NCBI GenBank assembly: GCA_001662655.1 | Contig: KV460221.1 | Length of the DNA: 64,000 nt | Origin: Pseudogymnoascus verrucosus | Lineage: Eukaryota | Direction: 5' to 3' (one strand) | Part shown: positions 49,938 to 64,000 of the stretch, one piece after another | Layout: the number at the start of each line of letters is the position of its first letter | Position numbering within the stretch: the first letter of the stretch is position 1 | Translations under genes and position numbers: made by a program | The notes under the pieces: model-generated | Databases searched by the model: none | Seen by the model: the letters and a program-made list of their open reading frames with translations, nothing else | What the model was told of the DNA's origin: nothing

Positions 49938-51225
49938 CTAAGTGCACCTTTTGTCTAAAGGTAAAGGCCATTTTCCATGATACATCTGAGTGATAGCACT
50001 CCAATGATCGGAGCCTCGGAATGGAGCCACTGCTCCTCCAGCGATTGTGCCCTTACGGTCGTTATCAAAAATCTGGAAGAAATGGCCTGCTGCAGTGCTA
50101 CCCGTGCGCATTAAGCATTCCACCTCCTGGAGCATCTGTGCGTAGTCATATTTAGTGCTCAGAACGCCTCCCTCACCAATATTTTCGTTGAGGAGGAAGT
50201 CAATGCCACCTTTAGTAAAGTACTGGTGATTGAATATTTCTCTTCCCTTGACAGGTACAACACCAGGACCAATGCCAAACTTGAACGCGAATTGCTTTTT
50301 CCCGTTACCATCCATATTATCCAAGTGTCCCAAGAAGGAGAAGTGCATAGGGAGGCCTTCTGGACTTGTAAATCCAAAAACATCAATTGGATCTTTTGAC
50401 GTCCGCGTGCTGAGGGTACCATTAAGTCCAAGAGGAGCAAAGTCGAAAGCGCCTAAATGGGTTACCGGGCTTGAGAGAATCGTGGAGAGATTGTCAAGCA
50501 GCTCTAATCCGGCTTCATCACGCTTGAATCCCCCAAATTGTATAGCGTTGTTGCTGAGCCAGACCTGGAGCCTGCCAAAGGTCTGCTGACCTCCCCAAAA
50601 TGCGCCTGCAGCTGTTATGGCGGTTGTTACAGCGCCCCAAACGCAATTGATTACGTTTGAAGCATCGCTAAAGTCTTTGCAAGCTTCGACCATATTCCAC
50701 CACGCAATGAACTGATTAGCCGTCCAAAAACCCGACATAGCTAAGATCCACCATCTGTTTCGATCTTCAAGATGGGTGCTAACTTCGCCTATTCGAAGGT
50801 CAGCGTGATCTTGTCTAGTCAAATCAAGTATACGTACTAGTTGGTCGAACAGATAAATCCTTCGATTCCTTGAAATCAGCCCCTCGGACTTCAATTTTGC
50901 TTTGTCGAACAACCACTTCAGTTGACACCGGTGAGCTCGAGGTAGGTATCAGCTTTGCAACCTCAATGGGCGGAGGTAATTCTACCATCCGTGGAGCATT
51001 TATAGCCGTACAGTATGTACTACATTCAGCTGGACTTGGCTTGCACGGATAGCGGATCAGTCCATACATCAAGACGAAATTCCCAAGAACCGCAAAGAGG
51101 AGGAACAATGCGGTCGACTTTGCGACTCGAAGCCAGTGCAACAACTCTTTCACTTTGTGCTCTTGATTGGCAAAAGGATAGTTCGGCTTGTTATTCATTG
51201 GAAGTTCGTTCGATAAGAGACGCAT
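49938..51225 (-). CDS. Hypothetical membrane/secretory precursor protein with Kex2-like sites
   Basis: Intron 50789-50837 (GTACGT..GCTGAC..TAG) joins the two ORFs in frame. N-terminal TM segment; LEDR, FKR and KGR sites. Confidence 0.75.
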
Positions 51226-52189
51226 GATGGATGAATTGGAGCCTGTTTGGGGCTGATGAGTGACAATGAGAATAGACAGAGCAGATGCTTCACTTACGAG
51301 TATTATATGCTACATGTGGCAGTTTGTGTCTGTCCTATAGTGCCTAAACGAGCAAAGTTTGTGAAAAGAATGCGCGCACGAATCCTGATGACCTATGCAG
51401 GCAATATCGAAAATCACCGCTAAAGCGACGAAATCAGTAATTTAGTTAACCAACAGAGTTGGGCCCCACTTGGGCCTGTTGACTTGTAGCCTGTACAAGA
51501 TTTTCCCTCCACGAAATCAACAGTAAGTTATTTTCCAACTGAGGAGCTAGGCCAGATCCTAGTACGCACTGTGGAGAAACGACGGCGAGGCGAAGCAACA
51601 TTTTCATGTCAGTTCCGCGCTATTATCGTAATAGTGCCGGGGGTTGGCCATTTTAGCTTAAATATTTGCAAAACGAAGCTTTGCCATTTTCTCAGTGTGC
51701 ATAATAGGTGGCGCTAACTTGATCCGCATCTTGGTAGCGACATTGAAGCTTTACGCCTTCCTCGGCGGCGGCGGCGAACAGACCACCCGATCTTGCGAGG
51801 CTTCAAGCAATGTGAGGGTTCCAACGGTGATGGTGATGGATTTCCGAGGTTCCTCAGAACGAACGGTCTGTTAGCTGTTCGCCGATACCTGTTGGATATG
51901 CGCAGAACGCAGTCCAGCTGCAACTTTTTTTAGCGGGCGGGAATGGCATCCTTGCTTCCACCCGACGCACCTGCATCCGAAAATTGTAGATCGGCTACAA
52001 GGGCTGGAGTGATAACTCCACAGTTGGTGCTCAAGTATTCTGCCTATTGGCCATGTGTAGCGCAGCATTTCTCGTATCACTCGCCCTGCTCATCCCACCC
52101 CACTCAGCCTGCTCAGCCTACTCACCCCCTGGCTCACCTAGCTCACCCTCGCTCACCCCTTAGACAGCAAGGGGCCTCAATTTCGCGAT

Positions 52190-52920
52190 ATGCCTATTGA
52201 CACAATTGAGACTATTATCCAGCAAGATATTCCCCGGAATATCTTGCCTCCAGCTTATGAATTCGACAAGGCAGAGGCGCTTGCCACTTTGAAAGCCTTT
52301 GGTTTTATTAAAAAACGCCACGGTGGGGCATCATATGATATACATCGGTTAGTTCACACAACAAAATTGGCTAAACCTCAAGGACGAATGGGGGACTTGG
52401 AACGAAAAGACCTTGAGGCAGATTACAAGTGTTTTCCCACGGTCCCAGCATAAGAATAGAGATGTGTGGATGATGTACCTTCCTCATGCGCAGTGTGCTA
52501 TTGCTAATTTTGAAAAGAGATTTGGTGAAACAAAAGACCTGCTGTGGAACTTACTGAACAAATTAGGAGTGTGCTCTCACATGCAAGGAAAATACGCAGA
52601 GGCCGAGGCGCTGTAGCGGCAGACGCTTCAGCTCAAAGAGACTGTGCTCAGGAAGGACCACCCAATCACGCTCGGCACCATGATGAACCTCGCAACATCG
52701 CTTAGCCAGCAGGGCAAGTACGGAGAGGCCGAGACGATGCAGCGGCAAACGCTGCAGCTCCAGGTGACCGTGCTCGGGAAGGACCGCCCAGGCACGCTCA
52801 TGACCATTAACAACCTCGCATAGTCGCTTCGCCAGCAGGGCAAGTACGCAGAGGCCGAGGCGATGGACCAGCAGACGCTACAGCTCCAGGAGACCGTGCT
52901 TGGGAAGGACCACCTGGCGC
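52190..52920 (+). pseudogene. NLR-like remnant (winged-helix region plus kinesin-light-chain-type TPR repeats)
   Basis: YDIHRLVH, YLPHA, and 126-bp repeats QGKYAEAE..RQTLQL.ETVLGKDHP.TL; has stops. Confidence 0.8.
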
Positions 52921-54670
52921 TGGTAGCCTACCGATGTCGGCCACTTTTGACAGGCCAATTCTACCACTCGGTACGTACCTCCCTCTGTACCTCCACGGTA
53001 CATGTATCTGCAAAGCCACAACAGGCCACAGGTCTACCCCACACTCTCACAAATAAAGCTGTCTAAAAATTCCACGACGCCCAATTCGCCTTCTACTGTA
53101 CCTCTGCAAAAGAGAGGCCAGAATAGAGTAGACAGAAGCTATAAACAGCTTACGCAAGGGCTTAAGGAGGCAAGAATTCACTTCAGAAATGTATTGTTAG
53201 ACTAGTCATAGTTGCCCTATCGGGTTAGCCGCCGGGCGTAAATAAATTGTGTGTGTGTACCTCTGCAGGCTCATACTCGAATTTTATCAATGCTGACTTC
53301 GTCTTGCTGACCTGAAATATGCTGACGCGACCAAACTTGCTCTCAATTTGATAACCGACAACCCCATCCCCATGCTGACACAACCTTTAACCCCCTATTT
53401 CTAACGCCCCGCACCTCATTGTCATTCTCATTTATCTCGCCCTATATATCGTTGCGTCTACCGCCCCGCAATATGTTTTACGCCAATCGTATCCCAATTC
53501 ATATACTGTAATTAACTTGATTAATACAGTAGCACTCGAAACCGCCTTTCCCAAACACACTCTCATATAATATTGGGCCCCACCATTACTAGTGCAAGGC
53601 TTTTCGCTTCTAGTAAAGCGCAATGCAATGATATTCCTTCGATGAACTTCCTCGTCCAGGTTCTTGTCATCGCCCATTTTGATCTCTCGCAGTCACTACG
53701 CATAAACGTAGGATCCCACAGACATCCTGAGCGATCTGTTCGTCAATATCATCAGCCTTTGTAAGCTCGTGATATCGTATAGCTGACGTGCACGAGGATG
53801 TAGTTTAGAACTCGAGCAAGGCAGTTTCCACCATACCATCTGTCGCTTATTTAACCAATGATATACGGCGTTCGCTCGAATGTGTAACTGAGTTGTACAT
53901 TCGAACATAGCGTAATGGGAAATAAATGCACCCTGCTTAGTCTATGTGATTTAAGAAAGTTCGACCGTGAATGGAAAAATAAAACTAAGGTTTTAGTGCT
54001 CGAGACACTGGATTACATCACTTCCTTTAGTATTGTGTGCGGCTCATACTCTGACATTGGCAGCCCCGATCGATTGTGGGGCAGAACCAAGCCACGCCCG
54101 TCTTGGTCTCAACTTTCGAATAATCAGCCCCACCTGATGATTCCCAGTCAGCTAAACCTTAATTCTACGGTATTCCTCTTATGCGACGCTATTTATGGTA
54201 CAGCCTTTCCGTGGTGATGTGGTCGGAGCGGATCGGACACTCCCTGCTAGCGCAGTTGGGTTGTTAAGCCACCTCAGACTGCAGCCTCGCGCGCCTGGCT
54301 CTTAGCGCACCGCGACATACAACAACCGCTCAGGCAATGGCCTCTTTCCCAGAAGCTCGTCGCACGGAGCCTGGCCTTGGATATACGGATTAACGTCCAC
54401 TGTGGATAGAGTCCTAACTTGGAGGTCCTATACCTTGGTAAGTGCCAGGCGCTCCAGTCTCGCACAGCCCAATCTCGGCTCCAGGCTCAGCCCATCGCTA
54501 TGTGACGGCACAGAAGCTGCATCGCCAGGCTGAAGGCAAAGCAAACACTCCTTACCGTACGAAGTCCATCGCGGCAGAGGTTCTCATCTACAAAGTTGCT
54601 TGCTGCTCTGATACAAGTACTTTGTTAGCCTTTAGAGTAACATCATTCCCAAAATTCTCGAGCAACCAAT

Positions 54671-55081
54671 ATGGATCCACTCAGTGTCACCGCAAGCGTT
54701 ATTACTATTGTGCAGCTCACCAGCATTATCATCGGATACCTCAACGATATAAAAGACGCATCCACGGATCGTAAACAATGTGCACTCGAAATATCAAACG
54801 TCTCTAATCTTCTTGTAACCCTAATATACCGCCTCGACGAAGCGTCATCAGATGGCGGCTAGTATACAGAAGTGGAGTCTCTTGCTGCCGCCGGCGGGCC
54901 TATTGATCAGTACAGGTCTGCACTTAAACGGCTACGGTCAAAATTCACATCGACCGCTTCTAGTGGATTGAAAAAAATTGGCAGTGAGCTCACCTGGAAA
55001 TTCTGCAAAGAAGAGGTTACCAACATACTAACGAGAATTGAGCGGCTGAAACCACTCACCCAAACACTATGTTGCAACTAG
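54671..55081 (+). pseudogene. Fungal STAND/NLR N-terminal (HeLo-like) domain fragment
   Basis: MDPLSVTASVITIVQL, GG*Y, LTWKFCKEEVTNILTRIERLK; truncated. Confidence 0.75.
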
Positions 55082-55209
55082 AGTAGGTGTCGCCTTCATC
55101 TGTACATATATCTATTCCTTTTTTTCGGCGAAAAACTAGCTATTTTTGTGCCTACTAGCTTTCGGACGACAGCCTTTCGTTAGCTAAACCCTGACTACGA
55201 AGCAGCCCT

Positions 55210-56737
55210 TTAGAACTGCTTCCACACTCTGACATACCGCTTAATGGTCGTGATGTCCATCTAACTATTAAACGGCATGTTTGTCTCTTTCTCTACCTCC
55301 TTATTATTAGCCTTAAACAACGCCTGCTAGCCGACGACCTCGCAGACGGCTTTATACTATGCCTCTTAAATCAACCACTTGAATGCTGTGCACATTATAG
55401 CCAAATGGGGTTTATCCTTTTCGTTAACTAGCTTAACAAACTCTCGCACTTCCTTCTAGTCGACCCTAGCTAAATGGGGGATGCACCTAACACGCCTCAA
55501 CTACAGACTCGGCTCTTTAGCTTCGTCAGTCTCCTTAATCCGACGGTTCTCCTCCTCCTTAGCCTTCTTAAATGCGCGCTGCATCTCCTGCTTAGCTGCC
55601 TTGAACTAGTCTGTCCATAACGCTATTCGTAGGGTTAGGCGTAGCCTAGTCTTAACAGGTTAGACCTTAAAATACTGTTATTTGTGTCCCTACTTAAAAA
55701 ATCGCTAGTAATGGATCCTGTGTTACGGCCCTCGGGGAAACTATGGACCGTGCAGGTTTCCGATATTAGAACAGAGTATCTGCTGTCGGAAACCAGACAG
55801 CGTACGACCTTGTTGGGTCGAACGACTGAGCCGAGCGCCAGAACATCAGTGGCGCCAGACCCAATCGGGCCTGGGGACTGAGCCGGGCGCACGACCCGGG
55901 AGCGTAGGAACCAAGTGGCTCCCACGCCCCGCGGTCTTAAGAGCAGGGGACGTCGCGGGATTGGTTGGCTCTGGAGACCTCTAGTCCCCAGACCTAATCA
56001 CATCGCAAGACCCACGTGATGGATAACAACGATATGTTAGATATTTGTTATCCATGATATCTTCGATATCCTTTGGCACGACGCCACTATATAAGTAGAT
56101 AGTTAGTTCTTAGATAGGAGCTTCGTGCTCAACTCAATATAGTATTTGTTATATACTGTAACGTGTTTTACGAAAGCCTTTGTGTCTGATCCCCTGCCTC
56201 CTCTGTTAAGTAAACCAACGCAACGAAACCTCTGTGAGTCTTATAGTTTAAGACCTAGCGTTACATCCTAGCCTACTACAGCACTCTAGGGGTTAGTTGC
56301 GGATTAACCTTTCTAGGTCGTCCTCCCTACTCTTTGCTTTTCTACTAATGAACATTCCTGTAATGCTCTCGCATCTGCTCTAACGAACAACATATATATT
56401 AGCATTCTTCCTTACCTATCTTAAATGTACATTACATTGCATTGGTTTTAGGTGACCCTAATGTAGGAATGGGTGCTACTATTAGTAGTGGGAACAGGAA
56501 CTCACTCTACTATAATGCTCTAGGGTTAGGGATTAAACACTTAATCTAGGCTACATCCTGTTTACTTCTCTTACACATCGCTTTACTTAACCTATAGGGT
56601 TTCTTAGTTGCCTTTTTCTCCCTATAGGGTAACTAGGGTAGAAAATGTGCATTGATCTAACTAGGTAATATAGCATATTAGCACTTTTTACATATAATAA
56701 TGTAGAATCTAGGCAAATGAATTAAAAATTAGTCTAT
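55210..56737 (-). pseudogene. Second, heavily RIP-mutated copy of the DUF3505-helicase element gene (N-terminal part), interrupted by a solo LTR
   Basis: Manual translation: ID*FLIHLP..IICKKC*YAILPS*INAHF, CTF..EC*YIC..MREHYRNVH, HY*RFF, EPSL*LRRV, EVVG*QALF. Colinear with 43757-44662. Confidence 0.82.
55721..56265. mobile_element. Solo LTR (545 bp), TSD TCCTG/TCCTA
   Basis: TGTTAC..GTTACA ends; TATA-like TATATAAG inside; flanks 55716-55720 and 56266-56270. Confidence 0.8.
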
Positions 56738-57239
56738 CTTTCTAGTTCTTAGGTTCTACTCTAACTTTAACTTTAACCCTCCTTAAACTTACCTTTAATA
56801 TACCTTTATACCTTTCCTCTAGCTTACCATTTTATTTCCTTTTCTTTACCTCTTGTCTTATATTAATTTTAGGGTGCTAGATGCGTTCTGCAATCCTTGT
56901 TCTTACATGGCCTTTATAAATCCTAATCTCTATATACATAACTTACCCTAACGTCAACCCTAACCCTAACGACACAAAAAACGTAGAATTTATGCATTCT
57001 AACGACGGAAATTGACTCTATAGGGTCACTTGCCTTAATAACTAATCTTCTAACGCCTTTTTTTAGGTTTTCTAGGGTATAATCAAAACCTACAGGCTGT
57101 AACCTATAGGGTGCCCATTTTGCGTAATTTCCACAACTTAACTAGGGTTGCTATTAGCCATAAACCCGCGGACTATATAGCCTAGACACAACATTTACTT
57201 ATAATTACTACTTATTTATTAAGCTTACTAGTTTTAGAA

Positions 57240-57514
57240 ATCTTTAATATAAAGGTACTTAATATAGATTCTAAATAAGAGGCTCTACTTACTATAGTAC
57301 TCTTTATCCTAGTAGATTTAAACTCTCTAAGTAGAGTAGTAGTTATAGTAGTAGTTGTAGTAGTAGGTATAATACTATTAGTAATAATAGGAAGTAGTAG
57401 GTTTAGTAGGAAACTATTACTACTAAGTTTAGCACGTGTACTACATGTATACTACGCGTTAGAAAACTTAGTACTACACGTGTACTACACGTGTACTACA
57501 CGTGTACTATTCTG
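57240..57514. repeat. RIP-degraded AT-rich transposon end with 11-bp tandem repeats GTACTACACGT
   Basis: Extreme TpA enrichment; three perfect copies at 57471-57503. Confidence 0.6.
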
Positions 57515-57867
57515 TTATCTAATCGATAGAGTCCCTAGCAACCGCGCTAAACGGGACAAGGCAGGTACATATTTAAGTTGCATATCACACTACCGATCGC
57601 GCATAGATATCCAATCGAAGAATAAACGTGGGCGGTTGACAGCTTCCTGTCTCGAGCGGGAAGACGTTGATCTTACCCAACTTCATTTAAGTCTAATGTA
57701 AGTCAGATTTACGGTATAGTATAAGAGCGCCTCGCATTCCCCCCCACATTTCTCGAACATCGCCCGCGTCTGTCTTCGCCGTTTCTGCATTGACGCGTCC
57801 CTCTAAGACGCTGATCCCCCGTCCTGCGTATATTCCCATCTTCATTGACGCGCGAACATTTCCCAGG

Positions 57868-60083
57868 ATGGTTCAACACTTGTTCCAATCCCTTGCCGTT
57901 GCGGCTTTGGCAATCACTCGTGTCACGGCCTGCGACGAGTGTTACGGGCCCACTGACTTCATCACCCACGAGCGTATCGTTCGTCGCATGCAACCGGATG
58001 CGCAGGGTGCTTCATATGGCCCGACGCAAGAGCTCGAATGGGGCCAGATCAACTTCTTGCAGACGACCGATACGCATGGCTGGCTTGAAGGCCACATCAA
58101 GGAGCAGAATTATGGCGCCGATTGGGGAGACTTCGTGTCGTTCACGAGGCACATGAAGGCCAAAGCCACAGCGATGAACGTTGACCTGCTGCTGATTGAT
58201 ACTGGTAACTCTACCCTCCTACGGTTCTGGCGATTCATTACTGACACACTCAAGGCGATCTTCATGATGGCAATGGCCTGGCCGATGCTACCACTCCTAA
58301 TGGAGCCGCGAGCAACCCAATCTTTGAGAATATCCCTTACGACGTCCTTACGATTGGCAACCATGAGCTTTACGTCTCTGATATTGCCTATGAAACGTTC
58401 GCAGACTTCTCCACGTTCTATGGCGACCGCTATGTGACCTCAAACGTCCAGATATTCAACCAAAAGACCAACAAGTATGAGTATGCCGGATCAAAGTACA
58501 GATACTTCACCACCGACCATGGCATTCGCATCATGGCATTCGGAGTCCTATTTGATTTCACAGGTAACTCCAATGCCAGCATCGTCACTCCTGCTGCGAA
58601 AATGGTCAAAGAGCAGTGGTTCCTCGACGCCCTGAATATTGACCGCCCAATTGACATGTTCCTCGTCATCGGACATAATGCAATCCAAGGTTCTACGAGC
58701 ACCACTGGCACGGTCCTGAACGCAATTCGCGCTGTGCACCCCGACAAGCTTATTCAGGTTTTCGGAGGCCATACCCACATTCGCGATGCTGTCATTTATG
58801 ACCATGCTGCTGTTGGCATTGAGAGTGGAAGGTACTGTGAGACTGTCGGATGGATGGCGATTTCTGGAATTGAGTCGGATAACTACTATGGCGCCAGCCT
58901 TCCCGATGGAGTCCCGCATCCGACAAAATCCGCATTTGATAAGCCAAAGACGACATCGACTTCCACCGCAAGCTCAACAACCTCAACGGCTGCTACCACG
59001 CAAGGGAAGAAAGATAAACCCGACCACCCTGATCACCCCAAGCACCCCGATCACCCCAACCACCCTGGTACCCCCACCACCACCACCACCGCCTCCCCCG
59101 CCCCAACTCCCAGTGGTTATCGCTTTGCTCGTCGCTACCTTGATTGGAACCGTCTCACCTTTGCCTTCCACGCTGAGACCTCCCAAGACAAGTCTTTCGA
59201 TCTCCGCCAAGGTATCGATATAACCAATCACATCACGGACACTCGCAAAAAGTTGAACGTGACGTCTGTATATGGATGTGCTCCCCAGACGTGGTGTATG
59301 TCCTGCCTACCTTTCGGCTCTCCAGGAAACATCTATACTCTCCTTAGCAAGGCTCTTGCAGCTGTGATAATCAACCCTGAGAGGTCGACAATTCCCAGGA
59401 TTGTCATAGCGAATACAGGCAGCGTTCGCTTTGACTTGGTCCAGGGACCTTTTACGTACGACGATTCGTTTATCGTGTCGCCATTTACGAATACCTTCAA
59501 ATACATTCCTGACATGCCTTGGTCTGTTGCCTCTAAGCTTCTGAATGTTTTAAACGGCGGCGCATACCAGCGACGAGATGAGAGACAGGAGACAGATATG
59601 GATCTCGGATATCAATTCCCAACTCGGGACAACACAGAGGCGTGTCTTGATCCAGGCACGGTCTCTCCAGAGTTGTCGAAACGCTCTACGAGGGGAATAG
59701 TGCGCAGGCAGAGCAGCACTTTGACGCCTGGATACAACACCACCGATGATTTCGGAAATGATGGTGACGATACCAAGCACAGCGAGATCCCGTACTTCCC
59801 CCAGCCATACGACTTCCAGGCTAATGCATCTTTCCCCGCCGACGGGTCCGCGCCTGCGACAGTCGACGTAGTCTTCCTTGACTTCATCGGCTCTTACATT
59901 ATTACGGCCCTGCGCAAGATTCCGGGCGGAGAGAAATACACCAGTGCCGACTTCAAGGACTATCTACCCCCCACCTTCCTTTCCAACCAGTACCTCCCAG
60001 AGTATGCGAAGATTGCTCCCGACTGGCAGAAGGATATGCCGAATTGCCCAGTTGGAAAGGGCGTTGGTTTTGCCAAGAATTGA
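57868..60083 (+). CDS. Secreted calcineurin-like phosphoesterase / 5'-nucleotidase family
   Basis: Signal peptide; TTDTHGW; intron 58205-58254 gives DTGDLHDG; IGNHEL, GGHTH, ESGRY. Confidence 0.9.
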
Positions 60084-60421
60084 AAAGATATTATGCTGGT
60101 GTAGACAGGTTTAAGAGGATGTACTTCTAGGGGGTGACAGATATACTCTGATTTATTTGGTGTGGGAAAGATAATATCAAGGTCGTTCTGCGATACGTAT
60201 TTGGGCTGAAAATGGGCCATTCTAGGCATCTCAGACAGTGACCCGATGTTTCCCCGTAAGTCGAATACCCCTTTACACAACATGTAATTGTCTCGTAGAA
60301 CCGGAATATACACGCAACACATTGTACAGTAGCAATTTGTAACATGGCGGAAATTTAATTTCCATTGAAAATTGTAGAACGGTTTAAAAAAATGCGCCCC
60401 TGAAAATATGCCCATATCCAC

Positions 60422-63271
<2,850 letters not shown>

Positions 63272-64000
63272 TCAGAAATGCCGCTCTTGTGCCACTGCTG
63301 ATTGGAGGCTGTGATTGGCTGGCTACTTATCAGCGACCAGAATATACAGACAAATGGGGGAAAATATACACAATTCGCTCCAAATTAAATAATAACCCCC
63401 GGTGACCGTCCCAATGGTATATTTGATTGTGTTTTGGGGATTTTTGTGTTCAGTTTTAAGAGTCAGAGTTTCTTGGTGCTGTTCCTTCAGCCGAAGTCGC
63501 AGCCCAGGAGATCGGCAACCCGATTGGCCAAGAGCCGTGGTTATCCTTTTGGTCTCTGAACTGGTGAGGAGCTGAGCACATTTCTTTTTTTTTAAAAAAA
63601 AGGCTGCAATATAGCTACATAGGATATTGACGGGGATTAATGGGTGGTTGAGGATATGGATCTATTTGTATGGACAACTGTGTGCTTGTAGGATTATTTG
63701 CATGGGGTCTCAATACGGGGGCCGTGTGGTTACTCTGGTGATGACTTCACGCCTAGACTACTCTACACGCATATGTCAGGGCCGATCATACCATTACTGC
63801 CTCAGCGGCCGAATGCCTTGGAATACACGTATCGCACGTCACCCACATATCACGCCGATGTGACCATGAGAAGGTGGTTTGTCAAACCTCGATTTGGGCA
63901 CGAACTTGAAAGCAGAAGTGACCGAGATAATACACGCAACTCAATTAGGTGGGCAATCCTCCTGCCGCAATGATAGATACATAACGCTGGGTCGTCTCTT

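Noticed and set aside
52095..52162. CTCACCC/CTCAGCC short repeats as a Mutator TIR
   Set aside because: No second TIR or transposase found.
56521..56531. TAGGGTTAGGG as an interstitial telomere
   Set aside because: Falls within the decayed DUF3505 coding frame (I-P-N-P on the minus strand); only two units.
63460..63465. GAGTCA as a Cpc1/Gcn4 site upstream of arg-6
   Set aside because: A single hexamer is expected by chance; plausible but unsupported.

Overview
Genomic DNA from a filamentous ascomycete, judged from short GT-AG introns with CTRAY branch points, Zn2Cys6 regulators and RIP-like mutation of repeats. Probable core genes lie at both edges: the 5' end of an amidase on the left, and a 5'-nucleotidase-like phosphoesterase plus arg-6/ARG5,6 on the right. 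The ~57 kb between them looks accessory and has two parts. (1) 2.3-36 kb: a putative aromatic-catabolism cluster (aryl-aldehyde and aryl-alcohol dehydrogenases, amidohydrolase-2 decarboxylase, SMP-30 lactonase, esterase, phenol 2-monooxygenase, Baeyer-Villiger monooxygenase, SDRs, PTH11-like receptor, two paralogous Zn2Cys6 factors). It appears to be two old paralogous sub-clusters that lost genes reciprocally, and its promoters share a TCGG-N7/8-CCGA motif. (2) 36-57 kb: a repeat-rich zone with two diverged, decayed copies of a telomere-linked-helicase-like element. The more complete copy encodes DUF3505-type zinc fingers, a tyrosine-recombinase-like catalytic domain and a RecQ helicase in one ORF, followed by two extra zinc-finger genes and telomere-like repeats. 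This zone also holds secreted-protein genes, NLR fragments and a solo LTR. Ginger2, Tad1-like LINE, pogo and hAT remnants and another solo LTR are scattered through the window. Family names come from motif recognition by eye; no searches were run.
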